From IMG/VR virus record IMGVR_UViG_3300044624_001054, positions 32,001 to 96,000 of that record: a stretch of 64,000 bases of DNA; one strand, written 5' to 3'. Positions 60,401 through 64,000 of this stretch are shown here, in pieces; within the stretch, counting starts at the first letter, position 1, and every line of letters begins with the position of its first letter. The notes beneath the pieces are model-generated. The model was not told the origin of the DNA and ran no database searches. It saw only the letters and a program-made list of their open reading frames with translations. The position numbers were made by a program, and so were the translations under genes. This DNA comes from a virus.

Positions 60401-62978
60401 TAGATTGATTGAAGAAATTATCTTTATCTATGACTCCTGTGCTAGAAGCAAATTTTGCATCATACGGTGATCGTACTGCAAATACAATATCTCCTGTAAC
60501 AGGATGCTTAATTTTTACAAGTTCTTGTATTGGGGTCTTAAGCCCAAAGATATCTCTTGTCAATTGTGAGCCACGAATTTCAGCAAGCGCTGAATCTGCT
60601 GAGTCATGAGTCTTAATTACATATTGTTTTCCACCTTGCTCATACACTCCATTAATACCAGGAATGGCAGAACTTTTACCACCAATAGAGGATACTCTTT
60701 TACCCATATCAGAAACGGGCAGGCTAGCAAATCTTCCTGTTGTTGCTTCTTGATTTACTCTGCTTAGGGTTCCTCTTAATTCTTTTGCTCTCTGTACGTC
60801 TTGATATTTTCTTGCCATTCCAAGGAAGACTGCACCTACTGAAAATCCTGGCAATTGACCTTTATTCATGGCAGAAATTACTGGCCAATATTTAGCGGTA
60901 GCCTCCTTAGTAACAACTGATTCTCCTGGTTCTAGTAAGGCGGGAATTATATCTCCACCACCATATCCACCAGGAACACGCTCTGGAGATGTAGATCCCT
61001 TCTGTCTTCTTATTGGAACTTGTCCCCGTGGGCCAGGAATGGCCCCAGGAACAAATAATGCTGGGTTAGCAGTAGTTAATCTTCTAAGAGATGCTTCATA
61101 GGAAGAAAGAACTCCTGTAAGTCTAAGGAGAGCCTTTTCCTGAGTATCAAATGATGTTGTAAGTCTGTCTACACCAAGTTTTGCAGCCATAATATCTGCA
61201 GTAAGTAATTCGAACTTTTCTGTTTTAATTCCTGCGATTCTTACGCCGATCCTAGTCAGCATCAAGCCAAATTTAAGGCCATTAGCAAAAAGGTTTCCAA
61301 ACAGGCCCACCAACATAATTATTGGACCAGCCAACGCTGCAATGGCTACACTATACTTAGCAAAATCCTTTACTGGCCCAGGGAGTGCTTGGAAGAATGA
61401 TGTAAACATTTTTACACCCTTACCAATAAATTCAAATATTGGAATAAGTGTTTCAGTAAGTACCTCGCCTATTGGCATTATTGAATTTTTTAATTCCTCT
61501 AATGTTCTTTGGAATTTGACAGCAGTTGATTCAGTTAGTGTTCTAATTTCTCCATTAGCAATGGCTGCTAACTCAGCAGAACTCTTAGATGCAAGTTCTA
61601 CAACTTGTTGTGTCTGAGATCCAGCCCTACCAATATTATCAAACAGGGCTGTAATTCTTGCAAACTGATATTTACCAAATATTTGCTCAATGATACGGGA
61701 TCTTGAAAAACTGTCTAGACCCGCTAAAGCATCTTTCATTGCATAAATAGTGGGCATTAGTTGTCCGCGATTTGCTTCTACTATCCCAACAAGATCTACC
61801 CCAAAACCTTTAGCAACTGCAGAGGCTTGTTTTGTTGGATTAATGAGTGATGCAAGACCAGATTTTAATGCATTGGCTGCTTCTGCCGCTGGAATGCCAC
61901 CTTCACGCATAGCAACAAGAAGTTCTGCAAGGTCTCTAATGTCTCCACCTAGACTTCTAACAACTGGACCAACCTTAGGGATAGCAGTAGATAAATCTTG
62001 TAGAGTGGCAGATGTTGAATTTTCTACAGCATTCAAGAAGTTGATTGATTCTGCTAATTCGTTAGTATTAAGTCTAAACGCTGACTGTAGGGCTAAAGTT
62101 GCCTTCATAGCCTCTTGTCTATCTACTTCACCGAGTACAGCCAATCTTGTAGTTTGTTGAACAGCCCCCATTAACTGCTCGCCTTCTTGACCTGTAGCAG
62201 CAATGTCTGCGGCTAGAGCAGCAGTTTCTTTAGCAGCAATACCATATGTTCTTGAAATTTCATATGCTAATTCTTTAACATCATCCCTCATTCTTGCGGT
62301 AGCAGCACTCATTGATCCGCCTAACTCTGATCCGTATACTTTTTGGAACCTAGTTAATTCTTTATCAAGATCTCTAAACTGTTTAGACGCGACGGCGGTA
62401 AAAAGCATCAAGGGTACTGTGAAGCCAACCATCAATTGACGACCAGCCCATTGGGTATTCTTACCCCAGTTAAGCATTGCAGTTGCGCCGCCATTCACCA
62501 GTTGATTAAATACTGAGAATCTTTGTGATGCTAGTGCAGCAGCATTACTTGCTGCATTAATATTCTGAGGCGTCATCATCATTGCCTGTCCGCCGCCAAC
62601 GGGTACAGCGATGGACTGTTGATATCTTACTTGCTGTTCAGCAAGCCTACGCATCAAACTATTTTCACGAGTATACCCAGTAATCGCCTCGCGGAAATAC
62701 TGACGCATAGTAAGGCGATTTGCAGCAAGTTGCCTGCCAAAAGTTTCTACAGCGCTTGTTGCTTTAATAGTTGAAGTTGTAAATCCGCCAGTCTGCCCTA
62801 CTCCTGCCGCAAATGTTGCAGCAAGACTTCTTTGGGCAGTAAGGGCGGATTTATCAAGAGTGTTAAAGGCAGCAGTTAAAGCGCCAATCTGAGTGGTGAG
62901 GGCTTTGATCTGTGCCTGGGCAGCAGAAAGATTTGCGTTATAAGTAATAGTAGAGTGAATGTTAGCCAAATTCAACAC
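51408..62978 (-). CDS. Tape measure protein (3856 aa) with accessory enzyme domains
   Basis: TMP core near 61640-62380, Ala/Gly-rich and coiled-coil segments; follows the tail chaperones; start may be TTG at 62969. Confidence 0.9.
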   Translation of the reverse strand: MLNLANIHSTITYNANLSAAQAQIKALTTQIGALTAAFNTLDKSALTAQRSLAATFAAGVGQTGGFTTSTIKATSAVETFGRQLAANRLTMRQYFREAITGYTRENSLMRRLAEQQVRYQQSIAVPVGGGQAMMMTPQNINAASNAAALASQRFSVFNQLVNGGATAMLNWGKNTQWAGRQLMVGFTVPLMLFTAVASKQFRDLDKELTRFQKVYGSELGGSMSAATARMRDDVKELAYEISRTYGIAAKETAALAADIAATGQEGEQLMGAVQQTTRLAVLGEVDRQEAMKATLALQSAFRLNTNELAESINFLNAVENSTSATLQDLSTAIPKVGPVVRSLGGDIRDLAELLVAMREGGIPAAEAANALKSGLASLINPTKQASAVAKGFGVDLVGIVEANRGQLMPTIYAMKDALAGLDSFSRSRIIEQIFGKYQFARITALFDNIGRAGSQTQQVVELASKSSAELAAIANGEIRTLTESTAVKFQRTLEELKNSIMPIGEVLTETLIPIFEFIGKGVKMFTSFFQALPGPVKDFAKYSVAIAALAGPIIMLVGLFGNLFANGLKFGLMLTRIGVRIAGIKTEKFELLTADIMAAKLGVDRLTTSFDTQEKALLRLTGVLSSYEASLRRLTTANPALFVPGAIPGPRGQVPIRRQKGSTSPERVPGGYGGGDIIPALLEPGESVVTKEATAKYWPVISAMNKGQLPGFSVGAVFLGMARKYQDVQRAKELRGTLSRVNQEATTGRFASLPVSDMGKRVSSIGGKSSAIPGINGVYEQGGKQYVIKTHDSADSALAEIRGSQLTRDIFGLKTPIQELVKIKHPVTGDIVFAVRSPYDAKFASSTGVIDKDNFFNQSIASIMRRDKDLQPDNLYGNVVTDVGAAFVANKASQPRVIGGPLPSVQEQAEINFLMKKGGARKWFAEESAVLAKSMTEKEYVEGFKNAIAQASVKVRGAIDKLPYLDKTERQMYMRLVQDLKDAEKIDWAAVYRFHKDIAPEVKKPPTAAAIAKKEAAEVEKNRQTGDMAPWQYGLPLTFNKGGSVPGSGRGDKIPAMLEPGEFVVNRAATQKYAPVLMEMNRGTLPGFQKGTPEDEKWLQRYSAAVEGTGKGRASVRARRKDGEYVRSRPASVSKAFGNLSPGEARGHLIGSGGFMKNLRLDSQAIAWHPQLWKTILDSENQMANLFGLSSSLRGKLEAALKETGANAKTIDRIMTSLTGGIMIHTKDMNAYEKALEVLATKKGFSAETRAILDRTLLDARTTGLTGATTPDLRAAQRVQLQQYGAIERRLQADPGNEILLKARQKLATQIIALEEYFVKLGVSASEIPTKVLNSVKKYSKQASPSLEADRVGKNLSDGFIQGASKVDGRPAGKELGNEIVSGTRSVSGAMGPLGSLRAIGPGAESLGPATRIREAMHHEAAARSVVTKALQKEVIVQGMITDSQLRTDAIQKQGNITLANWIKSLETGLWVHKDGAVAGKKRTETLEALAKEEAHRLALEKKLSGIVTIRQRAEERAAETARIKASSDEALSRANVARAASSFGVGPSGSMGYFMGGVSPYSAVSEKSSRFGNMTLDERKQLAAARRESYLLQRGTAPTTGPSVAIGNAKDAAQSGMRGMNAMNAMFALSMVTSSISMMGGASSDAAAKLGLFTTALMTATMMMNMGLGKGTFTNFLGMKSLGGKMAGSAAAGRAAQMGGAMAAARGGQMGGAALLGAGRLLSVAGGPVGIAAGISITAAITGFMMYRNAAEEARQRAIAAFNDPVKSAEYFGETIMSVSDILEKNRLSNVSEDLQEIDKALREAVSQDYAPLIEQIKSLSAGAGAQELSIAYSNMIISGMSAENAKAAIEAIAAEAGLAGGKAFTEAVGQGLLDESLTIKDAVNNVVGQFSPAETQIGNSGLTILQTLEKERAALEEERRKILSGETRAEQNRIGPAGPTETPDGPGYVPIAPTSREEENRLKAIGDELDAIGNRIEDLLTVNPEMLSGVIDSLVMAYQQDPTAAIEGFEKLTEIINNLEDPDDRTAAIGRLSDYLRDTYGAEWETVLQTIDTAEETVVATQMAIAGISLDKAINDAGEFDIALGRAAVSAKSLADATKLLRIEAEESYFGMIDQFAQEQRDAANLRFENYSDAMDERIELYEGLKESAQDAFEVEQEGRQNSIEGMQEEMDVRRRDFDEQMQQLDDRREAIEKSSDAYIESLEKNQKAESFYAQQRKTAFGALEKLASGDVFGFLQEREQMSADAQEFSYDEMISGIEERRDLELEAIDEIREQKQKEQDEYEQMMEDRIKGVQDLMEIEQDAHDDRMEFYDKQIERANTARENALEDKDQEIEGIKTMEQDYRDNAKAAEERYSKDYAELKSKPYVEARKEMLRLRIEEIYYRGGVTLGEAVRQAGALAAPRGPKGVPMGVEAVLQDLGLRGDPTWMYNSENVGDTGVGDTAQQVRDMTVTADSVTINGDVGGTTKDTDGDGVTDDYDAAALDPNRAATGGYIQNGRVMLEGGGKVTGPGGPKSDVIPAYLSNGEYVIQASSVSKYGKDMMDNINAGKFAYGGYISADREEYQASQRPTYYGGTPTSITGYNKPPPTYFGGTPTSSTGYNKPKARRRDLINLESIGYNPEDPTGVKGLVNVLRTAGATIFDSFFAPFRVPARAFGIDTQDTTALGRFIGGQSYVESDALTRGLIAMGVFPFGARGGIPRADRARLSEAKDKLFRSGPGTKENTNRFTLRDDPNFVDIKDFPTKYPEGFAKEWSSWSTSERQSWMLQYGAPPMATADEVAWASRNQNPFFKPGERTAPNPFDNPPPPGFVPPRNSGPRYEPPPRRQPPPRREPPPRNEPPPRREPPPRPSRDQFTGPTLKTGAAANPTKAARISALLQKAFHPSTPKPEAELAYRKASEMAEKYGYNIPSFANGGFVRGFYAGGYVSADRAETAAAGNKYLGGVKVKPQYTGGTPMSATGYSGASQQAYGNVYGKKRLRREQNSPYTRGGYMQPGAGGGGRAGSGFNLMFQGIKNSIDQQGIFSTLGSMASSIAADPASLLPFYGLSSIDQSNQQGKDIASAAALMEILGVIPGVGIGFKGASLLGRSASRRAATSSVMQPLQSGLIPPKPIAISQITSDLRFSLGMGAPRILPPSSKPTAAVPSRDMLLLEWVKGMAVDENQLDNVFGTSVPNSQGGISPGGLVIGKDGVRRYVKGPYDSESGAKSVYLESLIANAYKALNMNVPDVNLLNIGAKERYFPGKNLTPELAAMGLNYFPPGELVTSSTMLDNVKHVSEFFGKNPNRDWADGLTFVESQLDSSMQSRLAREGGIGKAVDTLFGLRDSHIHNYVIKEDESIPLGVPGRLIPYRIDFGSNVFQTHDGRPIPNDPTDPLKILDPRHGSSFGFGKVTGSVYKQQVLRLEEMLGDAGGIGGLIDPIVAKFALQAPQHRLVNPKFLKFVLSERLKAMVEGVRGYANGGLVQKFADGGEALTLPNRGLRGKLSLINRNDPNAPANGGFLPGVGTTGVATAARPTTTTIGAQGGPNNWPHSGFQSATGKIPGTNMSLTMNKDVLPLFLAFASDYNRLIRPISYIGGLEGRDEPGKSNHPSGTAVDINAPDEGVYFGWSWVSDDEKRAVTDWWKGKRSPLAPWKSYSPEPYKTMNALMNKYKVLQWFGPTSLGGFITDHYGNADWMHTQISQSRSVSPSQVAQTIASLGINPDGTFNRPNTYAAGGFISGPGGPRSDMIPAMLSNGEYVVKASSVAKYGKGFMDQINSGSLNPFQGSSMQPRMFADGGMVGSAPMPAFSMPAMADTSVGVNNTNYAGNSSSTRNNTKVKVVINGAGGKGANAIANKVISMINSANNRRNHSRSI

Positions 62979-63351
62979 CCTCTGCTAACTCATATATAAC
63001 GCCCATATCTGGGGTAAACCCTTGTTCAATTGCTCCAGCCATGTTTGTATCACCAGTCAGCCTAGCGACTGCTCTAGCCTGAATTTCTTCTACACTAGGA
63101 ATTCGGGCTTCCTCCTTCGGTTCTTCAGAATTTTCGTCAATGTCTATGCCCTGAAGAGCGGCCATAAACTTCTGCTTTCTTCTTTCCGCTTCATAAATTG
63201 CTTTTAATGTAGCGGCAAGTTCTGGCATAGATAGCGACGATTCAAGTTCTTCGTAGTCTTTCCAATGTCCTAGTAGAAAGACTTCTCCGAGCATGGAGGC
63301 TAGGTCTAGATCCTCCCAGCGAGTTCCTGAGCCGTCGCTACTAGGTTTGGG
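62962..63351 (-). CDS. Tail assembly chaperone, -1 frameshift extension (gpGT-like)
   Basis: The -1 frame opens exactly at slippery C CCA AAC and runs into track ORF 62962..63294. Confidence 0.75.
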   Translation of the reverse strand, partial: PKPSSDGSGTRWEDLDLASMLGEVFLLGHWKDYEELESSLSMPELAATLKAIYEAERRKQKFMAALQGIDIDENSEEPKEEARIPSVEEIQARAVARLTGDTNMAGAIEQGFTPDMGVIYELAEGVEFG

Positions 63352-63641
63352 TCATTCAACTTGATATCGGCGGCAACCTCAAGAATCTTATACATTGTCT
63401 GAAGGTCTACTGCTTCTTCAAGTTCTTCCGTAGTCTCTGCCAAGTCTGGAGCAAATTGGCGGAAAGCAATGGATGTGCATTTAATAAGAACATCAAGGAA
63501 CTCGTCCTCGTTCTGAACTTCTGAGGCCTTCTGCCATTCCTTCATAACCTCACGGAGGTTTTTAAGATTAAGGGGCTTGACAGTAATTGTTCTGCCGTCT
63601 AGAAGTTCTAGTTCTACTGTTTCGTATACTTTGGTTGCCAT
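63306..63641 (-). CDS. Tail assembly chaperone (gpG-like)
   Basis: Between major tail and TMP; GAAAGGA RBS. Confidence 0.8.
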   Translation of the reverse strand: MATKVYETVELELLDGRTITVKPLNLKNLREVMKEWQKASEVQNEDEFLDVLIKCTSIAFRQFAPDLAETTEELEEAVDLQTMYKILEVAADIKLNDPNLVATAQELAGRI

Positions 63642-63681
63642 TAGATATCCTTTCGTTGTTTAGCAATATTATACCGTATAA

Positions 63682-63718
63682 ATGATAAAGACGCAGCGTT
63701 TTGCTGCGTCCCTATCAT
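63682..63718 (-). terminator. Hairpin / terminator after the major tail gene
   Basis: GACGCAGC/GCTGCGTC stem followed by TTTAT on the minus strand. Confidence 0.6.
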
Positions 63719-63734
63719 AAACTGTGTTGAATTA

Positions 63735-64000
63735 TTAGAAGATACGGTCAACAATCTTGCCGTATGCAGCGTTGCCGTCAGGAGCCTCGTTAGAGGTAGA
63801 TGGAAGAACGCGGAAGTTAACAGGGAATACTGTGGCATCGTCACGACGAACGCCAACACCAACTGCTTCAACAGAAACAGCGCGGTAAACCGTGTAGATT
63901 CTTTCTGCTCTCTTGTTTGCACCACCTGATTCAGCAACTGAGGTGGGTGCAGAACCAACGAAACACATGGAACGCTCCACGGGAGCAATACCAAGTGAAC
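63735..64000 (-). CDS. Major tail protein, C-terminal part (runs off window)
   Basis: Position upstream of the chaperones; R...T.FPVNFR.LP..YGKIVDR. Confidence 0.65.
   Translation of the reverse strand, partial: SLGIAPVERSMCFVGSAPTSVAESGGANKRAERIYTVYRAVSVEAVGVGVRRDDATVFPVNFRVLPSTSNEAPDGNAAYGKIVDRIF

Noticed and set aside
63641-63994. Track ORF 63641..63994
   Set aside because: Alternative frame of the major tail gene that runs across a terminator and promoter.
1-64000. Stop-codon reassignment
   Set aside because: Long genes are intact in the standard code; TAA, TAG and TGA all terminate genes; no suppressor anticodon was found.

Overview
A 64-kb fragment of a large tailed (siphovirus-type) phage genome. 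It most likely infects Actinobacteria (WhiB, Lsr2-like, DUF732-like lipoprotein, DnaE-type polymerase, leaderless starts), and the gene order resembles large Streptomyces BE/BK-like and related environmental actinophages (inference). Positions 1-5271 (+) are a relatively GC-rich early-type region: small acidic ORFs, a DUF932-type gene, an Lsr2-like gene and four tRNA/tRNA-like genes. This region contains a thrice-repeated intergenic cassette: covarying RNA pseudoknot, tRNA, CTTGACA..GCCGGGC box, bipartite TTACGA/TCACnGGAA sites, then a TGTCA-box promoter. Positions ~5080-5810 are a strand-convergence zone with five DnaA-box-like 9-mers. The rest (-) is AT-rich. It encodes the end of the tail module (major tail, frameshifted chaperones, a 3856-aa tape measure protein carrying two kinase-like domains and an M15 peptidase, minor tail proteins) and replication/recombination genes (helicase, primase, SSB, DnaE, RecA, Cas4-like, RuvC). 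It also encodes the terminase, a SpoU methyltransferase beside two tRNAs and an unexplained structured RNA, a nucleotide-sugar/glycosyltransferase cluster, and many small accessory genes. All calls come from reading motifs by eye; no database searches were run.
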